The notes under the pieces: model-generated
Database searches by the model: none
Seen by the model: the letters and a program-made list of their open reading frames with translations, nothing else
Told to the model about the DNA's origin: nothing
Virus record (IMG/VR): IMGVR_UViG_2541047873_000006
Direction: 5' to 3' (one strand)
DNA: 37,458 nucleotides
Origin: a virus
Taxonomy: Duplodnaviria; Heunggongvirae; Uroviricota; Caudoviricetes
Shown here: one piece after another, positions 26,437 through 35,301 of the stretch
Layout: each line of letters opens with the position of its first letter
Numbering within the stretch: position 1 is the first letter of the stretch
Made by a program: the position numbers and the translations under genes

Positions 26437-29280
26437 TCAATCTTTATCGTAAAAACTGCCACGTCCGGCACGGGCGCGCCGTTCCATCTCTGCCCTGACC
26501 ATTTCACCGACCAGTTTCGCCAGTTCGCGGGGATTCTGCGTAACAACGTTATGCAGATGAACATGAATTTCACCACCAAATCCGGAGGCAACAGGCTCCC
26601 GGTTACGGGAAGTTACAGGAACTGATGCCACTGGAGATCGTATGGCCTCCGCCACCGGGCGGGAGCTGGCCGCAACAACAGGGACCAGCGCCGGAGGCAG
26701 CGGAGCCGGGACCACGGGTGTGATATTAATTGCGGGGGCAGGCTTACTGACCTGTGCAATCTTCCGCTCCTGCCACTCCCCACGAACAGCAAGTGCGCGG
26801 GGCAGGTTCTTAAAGACAATATCGCCGGGGCCAATGCGTTTTTTCGTCTCATCAACCAGCTTACCTGTGTTATCAGCAATTTTGCTGAGTCTGCGTAGCG
26901 TCCCGGTATTGCTGTCTGTGAGCGGTTTGTTGTCTTTGGGTTTATGACCTCCGGTGCCATTGCCATTTTCCACAGGCTTCGGCGGATTGATTTTCGCAAG
27001 GTCCCCCTGAAGCAAGGCAACCTTGTCCTGAAGAATGGCCGCACGCTGTGCGTCTTCGATTTTCTTGCGCGCCCTTTCCGCTTCATCCGGAAGAACACCG
27101 AGTTTTTCAAGTATCCACGCCAGCGTATCCAGCAACATTTTTGCAGGCGTCATAACAAGCTGTAACGCGCCACCAAGAACGTTACCGAATATCTCGCCAG
27201 CACTGGTACATTTATCCAGCGTTTCCTTGCTGGACTCCATCGGTGACAGCAGCAATTTAAACCAGTTAAACACCTGGCTGATCCCGCTTCCGATTGCGTC
27301 AAAAACAGGGCCAAACCGTTCAAAGGTTTCACGCAACGGGTTCAGCCTTTCCATAATCCCGCTGAACACCCCGGCAAAAAATGCCCTGATGGGATCCCAG
27401 TATTTCCAGATAAGTACGGCAGCTCCGGCAAGCGCAGCCACGATAAGACCAACCGGACTGAACAGCGCCCCGATAGCGCCTCCCAGCAAAGAAACGGAAC
27501 CCGTCAGCATTCCCCACAGCGCAGGCAACACCCTGACGACATTCATTGACCGGGTAAGAATGTCAAAACCAAGACGCAGGGTGGCCAGCTTTCCGTAAAG
27601 CACCCCAATAACCAGCGACAACGAGCCAATCGTTGCAGTCATTGCCAGCAACGCACCGCCTGCTATCAGTAGCTGGCGCGTCAGTACCGGATGGGCCTGC
27701 GCCAGCGAGGTGATTTTTTCAAGCACCCGCGTGAGCCACTGCGTGACAGAACGCAGCGGACCGTCAACCAGATCACTGATGCGAATACGAAGACCTTCCC
27801 ATGCGCTGTCGAGATTTTTCAGGTCCCCATCAAGATTATCGGCCATTACTTTTGCAACGCGATCGGCCTCTCCCCTTGCCCCCTGCAGTTCTCTGGTCAG
27901 TTTTTGCAGCTCTCCTGAACCAGCCGCCGCAACAAGCGTCTGCAAACCAACGAACGCCTCTTCTCCGGCGATGTCCTTGAAGAAGGAGACCTGGTCCACC
28001 TGTCCGTATTTTTGTGTCGCCTTATAGAGATCAAGCAGCACATCCTCCATCGGGCGCATTTTGCCTCTGGCGTCAGCAACTGACACCCCCAGCTCTTTCA
28101 GTGCATCAGCCGCAGCTTTTGGCGGTGATGCAAGGCGGGACAGACTTGCGCGCATGGCCGTGCCAGCATCGCTTCCGCGAAGACCATTATTGGCAAGCAT
28201 CCCGGCCATGGCCGCCGCTTCTTCAAGACTGATACCAAGTTTTGCGGCAACCGGACCGGTATACTTCATGGTTTCGCCCAGCGCGCGTAAATCAGTATTG
28301 GTCCGGGTAAATGCTGCTGTCAGCGTATCGCCCACCCGGTCCATTTGATCGGCTGTCAGGTTGAACTGTGTGAGGATATTGGAGCCTATATCCGCCGTCT
28401 CGCCGAGTTCGACGCCACCTGCCAGCGCCATATTAAGAACACCGGGCAATGCGGCCTGAATGGCCTGCGGAGTAAAACCAGCCATTGCCAGAAAGCTCTG
28501 CCCACTGGCGGCATCACTCGCAGTAAACTGTGTTTCAGAGCCAAGTTTTAACGCCTGCTCACGCAGCGCCTTAAACTGCGGGCTGTTTTTGTCGATTCGC
28601 GTCAGTGCCTGAACGCGGGACATCTCTTTGCCGAACCCGAGCGCAGGCTGCAAAAAACGCCCGGCAGCATAGCCGCCCGCCGCTGCCGCACCAATTGCCA
28701 GCGCACCACCTGTTTTCAGTTTTCCCGCGGTTTCCTGCGCGCGCGAATACCGCTCACGCGCCCGCGTTACACGCGCAAGCGCCTGCCGTTCGCGTTCAAG
28801 CTGGTTGTTGTACTGTTCGGTGCGTCTGATGGCCTGCTGGATGGTGTTATCGCTGCCTGTCAGGGAAATGCCGTGGCGTTTCAGCTCTCCGCCAAGCTCC
28901 CGCATTTTCTGAATTTCCCGTGTGCGCGATTCATTCAGGCGTTCAAGCCGGGTGCTTAACTGCTGCATCAGCTTTTGTTGTTTTTCGCTGAGCACTGTAC
29001 CCGTGCGTTGTAACTGATTAAGGGCGTTAAGCTGGCGTCGTGCTTTCACGATACCCGCATCCGCTTTACTGACAGCGTCGCGGGCGCGCTCAAATGATCG
29101 CGCCTGACGCTCGAGATTTTTGATCGCCCCCTGCGTTCGCTGGATGGAGTCACCAAACTGCCCCATCAGGCGGCGGGCGTTTTCGGCAGGCCGGGTCAGC
29201 CTGTCAACGGCGCTGAAAGCGACCCGGATATCAAGAGTCTTCATTGTCTGCATTCCCGCTGCGAAGTGCCGCCCGCTCAC
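26437..29280 (-). CDS. T: Tail tape measure protein (P2 gpT-like), 947 aa
   Basis: Track ORF; long Ala/Gly/Leu-rich coiled-coil and hydrophobic segments; follows E/E'. Confidence 0.85.
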   Translation of the reverse strand: MSGRHFAAGMQTMKTLDIRVAFSAVDRLTRPAENARRLMGQFGDSIQRTQGAIKNLERQARSFERARDAVSKADAGIVKARRQLNALNQLQRTGTVLSEKQQKLMQQLSTRLERLNESRTREIQKMRELGGELKRHGISLTGSDNTIQQAIRRTEQYNNQLERERQALARVTRARERYSRAQETAGKLKTGGALAIGAAAAGGYAAGRFLQPALGFGKEMSRVQALTRIDKNSPQFKALREQALKLGSETQFTASDAASGQSFLAMAGFTPQAIQAALPGVLNMALAGGVELGETADIGSNILTQFNLTADQMDRVGDTLTAAFTRTNTDLRALGETMKYTGPVAAKLGISLEEAAAMAGMLANNGLRGSDAGTAMRASLSRLASPPKAAADALKELGVSVADARGKMRPMEDVLLDLYKATQKYGQVDQVSFFKDIAGEEAFVGLQTLVAAAGSGELQKLTRELQGARGEADRVAKVMADNLDGDLKNLDSAWEGLRIRISDLVDGPLRSVTQWLTRVLEKITSLAQAHPVLTRQLLIAGGALLAMTATIGSLSLVIGVLYGKLATLRLGFDILTRSMNVVRVLPALWGMLTGSVSLLGGAIGALFSPVGLIVAALAGAAVLIWKYWDPIRAFFAGVFSGIMERLNPLRETFERFGPVFDAIGSGISQVFNWFKLLLSPMESSKETLDKCTSAGEIFGNVLGGALQLVMTPAKMLLDTLAWILEKLGVLPDEAERARKKIEDAQRAAILQDKVALLQGDLAKINPPKPVENGNGTGGHKPKDNKPLTDSNTGTLRRLSKIADNTGKLVDETKKRIGPGDIVFKNLPRALAVRGEWQERKIAQVSKPAPAINITPVVPAPLPPALVPVVAASSRPVAEAIRSPVASVPVTSRNREPVASGFGGEIHVHLHNVVTQNPRELAKLVGEMVRAEMERRARAGRGSFYDKD

Positions 29281-29467
29281 GCCAGCTAACCACTTCGCCG
29301 GGCGTCATCATGAAGATTTCGGCGGGCGACCAGTTAAAAATGGCGGCAATATCCGCCACAAAGTCTTCTATGTGCTCAAAGCACACAACCGTGATCAGGC
29401 TTCCGTCGCCTGTTCGTTCTTCCCGCCAGAGTCCGCACCGCTCAAAAAATTTACGGCAACCACACAT
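29231..29467 (-). CDS. E': E' frame: -1 frameshift extension of tail assembly chaperone (E+E' fusion)
   Basis: Track ORF in the -1 frame overlapping the 3' end of E and the start of T; slippery heptamer inferred from both protein frames. Confidence 0.6.
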   Translation of the reverse strand: MCGCRKFFERCGLWREERTGDGSLITVVCFEHIEDFVADIAAIFNWSPAEIFMMTPGEVVSWRERAALRSGNADNEDS

Positions 29468-29760
29468 AACTGAATAAAGTCACGGGATGCCATTTTTTTG
29501 ATCGTCACTTCATCCAGTCGCGGTGATGTCACGCGTGACAGCAGCGTAAACATGGATTCCGCTTTCAGATTCAGCACATCAGACAGCGACAAATCTCGCA
29601 GAGATCCAGCCTGCTCAATAGCCCCGGTGATCTCCACATACGTGATTTTTTCGCCGCCTCGCTCAATTGGTTGGGTAAGTTTTACGCCACGCTCACTGGT
29701 TTCTTTCACAGTGTCAGTAACTACCATGTTTTCGGTATCGATGTTTTTCGTCTCTTTCAT
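29395..29760 (-). CDS. E: Tail assembly chaperone E (P2 gpE-like), 121 aa
   Basis: Track ORF between tail tube FII and tape measure T. Confidence 0.8.
   Translation of the reverse strand: MKETKNIDTENMVVTDTVKETSERGVKLTQPIERGGEKITYVEITGAIEQAGSLRDLSLSDVLNLKAESMFTLLSRVTSPRLDEVTIKKMASRDFIQLCVVAVNFLSGADSGGKNEQATEA
29443..29449 (-). other. Programmed -1 ribosomal frameshift slippery site T-TTT-TTG
   Basis: E frame reads ...A V N F L (GTA AAT TTT TTG) and the E' frame reads K F F E (AAA TTT TTT GAG) over the same DNA. Confidence 0.55.
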
Positions 29761-29814
29761 CAGGAAACTCCTTTCAGTCAGAGGCGACGCACTGCGCCGC
29801 CTGCATATTACTTA

Positions 29815-30327
29815 TCAGCCAAGCCCGAGCGCGGAACGGATGCGATCGGGCACAATGTCCTTGCCGTCCTTCCGGTAAATGAAGTTCAGCAGGTCAATCT
29901 CCCACAACGGGCGATCGTTAACACTCAGCTTGTAGTAGGTGTTTTTAATGGCGTAAGTGTGTGATGTGGCTTCGCCCTGTTTGGCTTCCCCCATATCAAT
30001 TTCCGTCACACGTCCGCGCATTTCGACTTCATACAGGTCGCTTTCTGCATCGGTGTAGTATTCACCCGCAAAACGCAGCAGCGTGCCGTCAATCGTGCCG
30101 CCATACTTAAGGAACAGCTCACGAACTGCGCCCCCCATGACAAAGCTCGCATCAAGCGCGGAGTCGTCCAGACCGAGATCAATACTTACCGCACCCATCA
30201 TGCCACCACCCCGGTAGCTGTCGGTTTTGCGCGTCAGCTTAGGTAGAGTGACAGACGTCACCTTACCCACTTCGTTTTCACCATCCACAAACAGCGTAAA
30301 AAAGCGAAGATGTTTTGGTACAGCCAT
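29815..30327 (-). CDS. FII: Tail tube protein (P2 gpFII-like), 170 aa
   Basis: Track ORF; size and position after the sheath gene. Confidence 0.85.
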   Translation of the reverse strand: MAVPKHLRFFTLFVDGENEVGKVTSVTLPKLTRKTDSYRGGGMMGAVSIDLGLDDSALDASFVMGGAVRELFLKYGGTIDGTLLRFAGEYYTDAESDLYEVEMRGRVTEIDMGEAKQGEATSHTYAIKNTYYKLSVNDRPLWEIDLLNFIYRKDGKDIVPDRIRSALGLG

Positions 30328-31511
30328 CAGGCACCTCCCAGCACCGCAAATGCGGGACCAAAGAATTCATCAGTAAACGACTGGTAAAGCTCCATGTCTT
30401 CCAGCGGGGGAACAGGCGTATATTTGTAGCGAATACGCACGCGCCCCTGACGTAAATTCGTGGTGCCGTTATCCACCACGTCATACCAGCACGACGCCCC
30501 AATCAGTTTCCCGGCAGTAACCAGTGAATCCAGTTTTGCCCTGATGGCACTGATAACATCTTTCACGTTCGCAGGCGTCAGTGGACTGTCGATGGTTTCA
30601 AACTGCGCTTCCGCAATTGAATCAGCCAGCACCTGTGCGGTTCGGGTATACACCTCAAAGATGTAGGCGTTCGTTTCCGGTGTGCGGTTGCCCCAGAAGC
30701 GGAACCCGTTGCGACGAATAATGGTCGTGATTTCTTTGTTGTTGAGGCTGTTGGCATCGCTGTCTTCGGCCTGCAACGACCAGAACACATGCCTGGACAT
30801 TCCCAGCACATTTTTAACCGGAACGTTGGACAGCGATTTGTGCCAGCCCTGCTCATGGTCAATGTACGCACGAAGACCGCACGCATAAGCAGGCGCGGGG
30901 AACGTTTCGTTTTTGCCACTTTTCGGGTTGTAGGCGATGAAGTCAGGCCATAAGAGCATCACCTCACGTTCGTTGAATTTCTGGCGGTAGGTAATCGCCT
31001 CAGCCATCGTGTTACAACCATGACATGTGGCATACACAAACGCGCGCAGTTTACCCGCAATCACGCACAGGGATTTTGTCACCGCCTCCGTGTCCAGCTC
31101 CGGCGCGGCCAGAATACGCGGACGGTATCCGATGCTTTCATCCTGCTCTGCAACAAGCAGCGCATACATCCCCGTATAGCTGCCGTCATCCTCAGAACCA
31201 CCGATAACCAGTTGATCCTGCGTCTTACCGTCTTCTCCTTTGTGTTCAGCCACGCGAACGACGATCACCTTTGTGCTCACCTGGTCTGCGATGGCCTTAA
31301 GCGCACGATAAAGCGTCCCCGTTGTTCCGCATTTTCCCAGCACGTCATTGACGCGGGTCAGCAGTGTGGGCTTGTTCAGCGGGAACAGCTTCGCGTCCGC
31401 ATCATCCGCCGTTGCCACGATACCGATAACGCTGGAATCAACATCGTTAATCGCTGTTACCAGGTCGGTATTTTCCGTAACACGGGCACCATGAAAACGA
31501 GTTTCACTCAT
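30327..31511 (-). CDS. FI: Contractile tail sheath protein (P2 gpFI-like), 394 aa
   Basis: Track ORF; ...FPLNKPTLLT...GTLYRALKAIADQ...KVIVVRVAE aligns with the recalled P2 FI N-terminus; overlaps FII start. Confidence 0.9.
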   Translation of the reverse strand: MSETRFHGARVTENTDLVTAINDVDSSVIGIVATADDADAKLFPLNKPTLLTRVNDVLGKCGTTGTLYRALKAIADQVSTKVIVVRVAEHKGEDGKTQDQLVIGGSEDDGSYTGMYALLVAEQDESIGYRPRILAAPELDTEAVTKSLCVIAGKLRAFVYATCHGCNTMAEAITYRQKFNEREVMLLWPDFIAYNPKSGKNETFPAPAYACGLRAYIDHEQGWHKSLSNVPVKNVLGMSRHVFWSLQAEDSDANSLNNKEITTIIRRNGFRFWGNRTPETNAYIFEVYTRTAQVLADSIAEAQFETIDSPLTPANVKDVISAIRAKLDSLVTAGKLIGASCWYDVVDNGTTNLRQGRVRIRYKYTPVPPLEDMELYQSFTDEFFGPAFAVLGGA

Positions 31512-31668
31512 AGCTTCAGCCCCTTGTATCCGTTAAATGATTCGGCAACAATCATCACCCACCACGCGCGTAATCTCACCCCTGCGCCGTTCTCCCGCCA
31601 CGGCGACAACAAAAAGCAGTAACCCCCTACGCACGCACATGCGACCATGCCGCACAGGGAGGGAACAG
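31512..31668. promoter_or_regulatory. Divergent promoter region between FI (minus) and D (plus)
   Basis: Both genes initiate from this 157-bp spacer; no canonical TGT-N12-ACA dyad seen by eye. Confidence 0.35.
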
Positions 31669-32778
31669 ATGACCGATACCACCATGCAATTGCTCAGTCA
31701 GAGCACAGACCCCGTGAAAATGCCGGATTTTGATATTCTCGCGGAGGGGGAAACACTGTCCGGCGTGGCAGAGCGCCTGATGAGCCTGTCACTGACCGAC
31801 AACCGGGGATTTGAAGCGGACCAGCTCACCATCACGCTGGATGATGCGGATGGTCAGTTGCAGCTACCGCCACGGGGCGCGCGCCTGACGGTTCTCATTG
31901 GCTGGAAAGGAGAACCGCTGACAGAAAAAGGCACTTACATTGTTGATGAAATCGCTCACGAAGGACCGCCGGACAGGCTGACGGTTTCAGCCAGAAGCGC
32001 AGATTTTCGGGATGAATTTAACGTTAAACGTGAGGTGTCCTGGCATGATGTGACCGTTGAGCGCGTGGTATCCGCCATCGCTCATCGGTATGGTCTGAAA
32101 CCGCAAATCAGCGAAATGCTGATGGATATCGAAATCGACCACGCCGACCAGACTGAAGAAAGCGACATGTCCTTCCTTACGCGCATGGCGGAAATGCTGG
32201 GCGCAATCACCACGGTAAAAAGCGGTAATCTGTTATTCATCATGCCCGGCGGTGGCGTGAACGCACAGAGCCAGCCGTTGCCATCGTTCGCCATCACACG
32301 CAGCAGCGGCGATCGCCATCAGTTCCGCATTGCTGACCGCGAGGCGTATACGGGGGTACGCGCTTACTGGCTTGATCTTAATTACGGGAAAAAGAAAAAA
32401 GTCAGCGTGAAACGCCGCAAACCGCCAAAACCCAAAAAGGAGAAAAGCATCAGCCGTGAAGGTGATTATATGGAAGGCGCGGAAGGCAATGTGTTTGTGT
32501 TACGCAAGACTTATCAGAACGAGCAGGCAGCAAGACGCGCAGCGGCGGCAAAGTGGCAGCAGCTACAACGCGGAGCCGCATCATTTTCCATCACGCTGGC
32601 GCGTGGACGTGCAGAACTCTACCCCGAAATGCATGGCACGGTAACAGGATTTAAAAGCGAGATTGATAATCAGGACTGGATTATTGCGAAAGCCGAGCAC
32701 ACCATTGATAACAGCGGCTTTACCACACAGCTTGAGCTTGAGGCAAAAATCCCGGAATGGATAGCAGAAACAGAGTGA
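31669..32778 (+). CDS. D: Tail protein / late control protein D (P2 gpD-like), about 369 aa
   Basis: Track ORF 31537..32778; start at MTDTTMQ (ATG 31669) with GGGAGGG Shine-Dalgarno; size as P2 D. Confidence 0.8.
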   Translation: MTDTTMQLLSQSTDPVKMPDFDILAEGETLSGVAERLMSLSLTDNRGFEADQLTITLDDADGQLQLPPRGARLTVLIGWKGEPLTEKGTYIVDEIAHEGPPDRLTVSARSADFRDEFNVKREVSWHDVTVERVVSAIAHRYGLKPQISEMLMDIEIDHADQTEESDMSFLTRMAEMLGAITTVKSGNLLFIMPGGGVNAQSQPLPSFAITRSSGDRHQFRIADREAYTGVRAYWLDLNYGKKKKVSVKRRKPPKPKKEKSISREGDYMEGAEGNVFVLRKTYQNEQAARRAAAAKWQQLQRGAASFSITLARGRAELYPEMHGTVTGFKSEIDNQDWIIAKAEHTIDNSGFTTQLELEAKIPEWIAETE

Positions 32779-32845
32779 GCAACTTAGACATATTAGCTCA
32801 AACTTAAACTGGCAAGTTTACAGTATAGAATTAAACATAAACGAC

Positions 32846-32876
32846 GGTCCGCTCCGTGTCAGAAGCGGACTTTGTC
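32846..32876 (+). terminator. Candidate terminator after D
   Basis: GTCCGCT...AGCGGAC stem-loop followed by TTTGTC; weak. Confidence 0.3.
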
Positions 32877-32898
32877 ATCCCTATGTAAGGTTGATTGC

Positions 32899-33921
32899 TT
32901 AATACGCATTTAATTTAAATTTGTATTTGCCTTCTATGTAATGGATAAATTCAATTATGCTTTTTTCTATCGCATCTAATATATGAATATATCCATCCCG
33001 ATTTAAGGTCCTATCCAACTCAAAGTGATGAACTATCCCATGTCTATATTGTATGATTTCAGAAATTCGATTCTCAAGAAAATCAACTGATTTTCCAATT
33101 CTTTTTTTCTTATAAAGAATCGCTCTCACATCTATATCCAGCCACTCTTTATATGCTTTGTTTAGGTGGGTTAAGTTTTGAAAAGTGTAATTTCTTGCAA
33201 TAACACTTTCTATTGAAATATTTCCTTTCTCTATCTCAAGCAGAATATCAAAATCAACTTTTTGCTTATACGATGTTCTTTTTGCTATTGCGAAAGGATC
33301 GTACTTTATAAGTATTTGAAAAGCTCTAGAGAAAAAGTATTCAAACATAGCAACCGCAAAAGGTACTAATCCATTATATATAACTCTACTGGGATCCATA
33401 CATTGCATGTAATCAAAGTATTCGGATAAGCCGCCATCTTCCGGTAGGTTTAATTTAATAGAAGGTTCAGGTAAGGCATGTTTAACAGCGGAAATCTCAT
33501 GATGGACATGATTAAATATTGAAGAAATGCCACGACTGATCGGACTACTAGAATCCTTCCATAGAGGAGCGTACCTATTTTTCCCATAATCACCTATAAG
33601 TGTTCCACCAAAAAGACTCCTTGCGCCTTTTAGAACATCATTAAGCATTTTTACATCATGCCAACTAGCGCTATATAAATTACGCACATGCAATGCCCAT
33701 TTATTACCAGATATGTGTAATTCGTCATTTGAAACAGGATATATATCAGCCGAAACTCCATCTGTAGATTTGAAGTCTGTATCATCAAACCAAGAGTAAT
33801 TCAACGTTCCTTGGGGCCATTCCCACAAATGTTTACACCTTTTAAAACCTAAATTTTCAAGGTAATTTTTAAGTTCGTTTCTAGTTGCTTTTTTAGGGTA
33901 CAGCGTTATATCTCTTCCCAT
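32899..33921 (-). CDS. AT-rich cargo gene between D and ogr; 340-aa protein with C-terminal HEPN-like R-x4-H motif (candidate abortive-infection/defence effector)
   Basis: Track ORF; visibly lower GC than the flanking phage genes; opposite strand to D and ogr; motif ...IIQYRHGIVHH... in a predicted helical C-terminal half. Confidence 0.65.
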   Translation of the reverse strand: MGRDITLYPKKATRNELKNYLENLGFKRCKHLWEWPQGTLNYSWFDDTDFKSTDGVSADIYPVSNDELHISGNKWALHVRNLYSASWHDVKMLNDVLKGARSLFGGTLIGDYGKNRYAPLWKDSSSPISRGISSIFNHVHHEISAVKHALPEPSIKLNLPEDGGLSEYFDYMQCMDPSRVIYNGLVPFAVAMFEYFFSRAFQILIKYDPFAIAKRTSYKQKVDFDILLEIEKGNISIESVIARNYTFQNLTHLNKAYKEWLDIDVRAILYKKKRIGKSVDFLENRISEIIQYRHGIVHHFELDRTLNRDGYIHILDAIEKSIIEFIHYIEGKYKFKLNAY

Positions 33922-34112
33922 GCTTTATTCACCTGATATACAATATTTTAAATTTTAACTATTATGAACGTATGAATTTTCACATTGGATGTATGGAAGT
34001 TCAACAACTATTGAAAGTTCAATTTTCACTCTTCGCACAGAGCGAGCTGTTAGTTGGAATTAGGGATCGTACAATCTAGAATAGCGGCAACACCACGTTA
34101 AGGGAGGTCGCT

Positions 34113-34373
34113 ATGTTCCGTTGTCCGCTTTGTGGCGCATCTGCCCGTATCCGCACAAGTCGTCCGGAAAATGATTCAAACACCGTGCGGCAAAAGTATT
34201 ACCAGTGTAACAATCTGGAATGCGGCGTATGCTTCTCAACACTGGAAGCTTTCCATAAATTCACATCGAAACACGCCTCCGGCGTTCACTCTTCAGAAGG
34301 TATCCCGTGGCATGAGCTACCAGCTTCACACAGGGGAAACAATCAGATGAGTTTGCCTTTACCTCAGAATTAA
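34113..34373 (+). CDS. ogr: Late gene activator Ogr/Delta-family zinc-finger protein, 86 aa
   Basis: MFRCPLCGASARIRTSR...YYQCNNLECGVCF matches the recalled P2 Ogr (MFHCPLCQHAAHARTSR...YHQCQNVNCSATF) with the same Cys spacing; GGGAGG Shine-Dalgarno. Confidence 0.8.
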   Translation: MFRCPLCGASARIRTSRPENDSNTVRQKYYQCNNLECGVCFSTLEAFHKFTSKHASGVHSSEGIPWHELPASHRGNNQMSLPLPQN

Positions 34374-34563
34374 CAAGCAGAATTGCCGGAGTAACAAAAA
34401 AGCGATAGATTACGCGCGGGTGCCTTTCGGCTGATGGTCGGAGGGAATACCCGAAGGCCAGATGTGGAAAGGCCCCGGAAAACACTTTTGTTTAACCGAG
34501 GCCCTAACCGTCTACCCTAAGCAAGTGAAAGGTTAGCGCCTCTCCGGAAAAGGAGCAAGTGCT

Positions 34564-34704
34564 ATGTCGCAAAAATCGCTTACAGCCATCACGTTCTGCG
34601 TGACGGTAATCCTCATCATCTGGATGTTGCACGGTTCGCTGTGCGAAATACGGATGAGTTTCTGGGGAGCGGAGTTTGCGGCGTTCTTACAGTGTAAGCA
34701 GTAA
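34564..34704 (+). CDS. Hok/Gef-family type I toxin (46 aa)
   Basis: Not in the ORF track (under 60 aa); ATG 34564 with AAGGAG 8 nt upstream; N-terminal transmembrane helix then ...SLCEIR...EFAAFLQCKQ, matching the Hok family signature (LCEIR...EVAAF). Confidence 0.6.
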   Translation: MSQKSLTAITFCVTVILIIWMLHGSLCEIRMSFWGAEFAAFLQCKQ

Positions 34705-34713
34705 GGAAACCGC

Positions 34714-34735
34714 GACGGGGGAGTAATCCCCCGTC
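34714..34735 (+). other. Perfect stem-loop 3' of the hok-like gene
   Basis: GACGGGGGA-GTAA-TCCCCCGTC; its right arm shares the 11-mer TAATCCCCCGT with window positions 2-12. Confidence 0.5.
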
Positions 34736-34964
34736 AATCGGTTGCCAGGGTAAGGTCGATAAGGCACCCTATCTCACGGCTCTAAATGCAAAAATTCCAT
34801 GAAACTGTGGGATTTTTGCATCACTACTGATACAGATCTGCCCTTCTATATGTCTCACTCTATACCAGCTAATCAATTGACACTTATCAATAAAAAAAAT
34901 CTGATAAAATCAAAATGTTTTGTAACAAATATCAACTCGTATTGATCCAAAGGAGGCGGATTAC

Positions 34965-35297
34965 ATGGCATTAATCAAATGTCCTGAATGCCAGAAAGAG
35001 GTGAGCGATTCAGCATTGTATTGCCCTGCTTGCGGTAAACAAATAAAAAAACTTAAGCGTTCATTTTTTGGAAAGCTCATTAAGTGGATATTTATATTAT
35101 TTAATATTTTTATGATCTATACGCTTTTAGTTGGACTGGGAGGCACTAGTGAAATAATAAATAATGCTACATCCGATGCCGAAAAAGCCGGTGCAGTTAT
35201 TGGTACAGGCTTAGGTTTAATTACCATTGGAAGTTTATGGGTTATTGGCGATATCATTATCGGAATTTTAGTATTTCTTACTAAACCAAAAGGATAA
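34965..35297 (+). CDS. Zinc-ribbon membrane protein (110 aa), AT-rich cargo
   Basis: Track ORF with AAAGGAGG Shine-Dalgarno; CPEC-x12-CPAC ribbon then two hydrophobic helices. Confidence 0.6.
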   Translation: MALIKCPECQKEVSDSALYCPACGKQIKKLKRSFFGKLIKWIFILFNIFMIYTLLVGLGGTSEIINNATSDAEKAGAVIGTGLGLITIGSLWVIGDIIIGILVFLTKPKG

Positions 35298-35301
35298 CAA
35301 A

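Noticed and set aside
26613-28829. Multiple ORFs on both strands inside the tape measure gene (for example 26613..27110, 27035..27598, 28061..28348)
   Set aside because: Shadow frames of the 947-aa tape measure gene; Ala/Ser/Arg-rich and lacking start signals.
13998-31668. Search for canonical Ogr-dependent late promoter dyads (TGT-N12-ACA) in the P/O and FI/D divergent spacers
   Set aside because: No exact dyad found by eye in either spacer (nearest has N15 spacing); late promoters are therefore annotated only by position, not by motif.
2-34734. Alternative att core: 11-mer TAATCCCCCGT at window 2-12 and again at 34724-34734 inside the hok-downstream hairpin
   Set aside because: Only 11 bp with mismatches immediately on both sides, and it lies within a hairpin arm; the 21-bp repeat at 10-30 / 36277-36297 is a better att candidate. 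Kept as a low-probability alternative.
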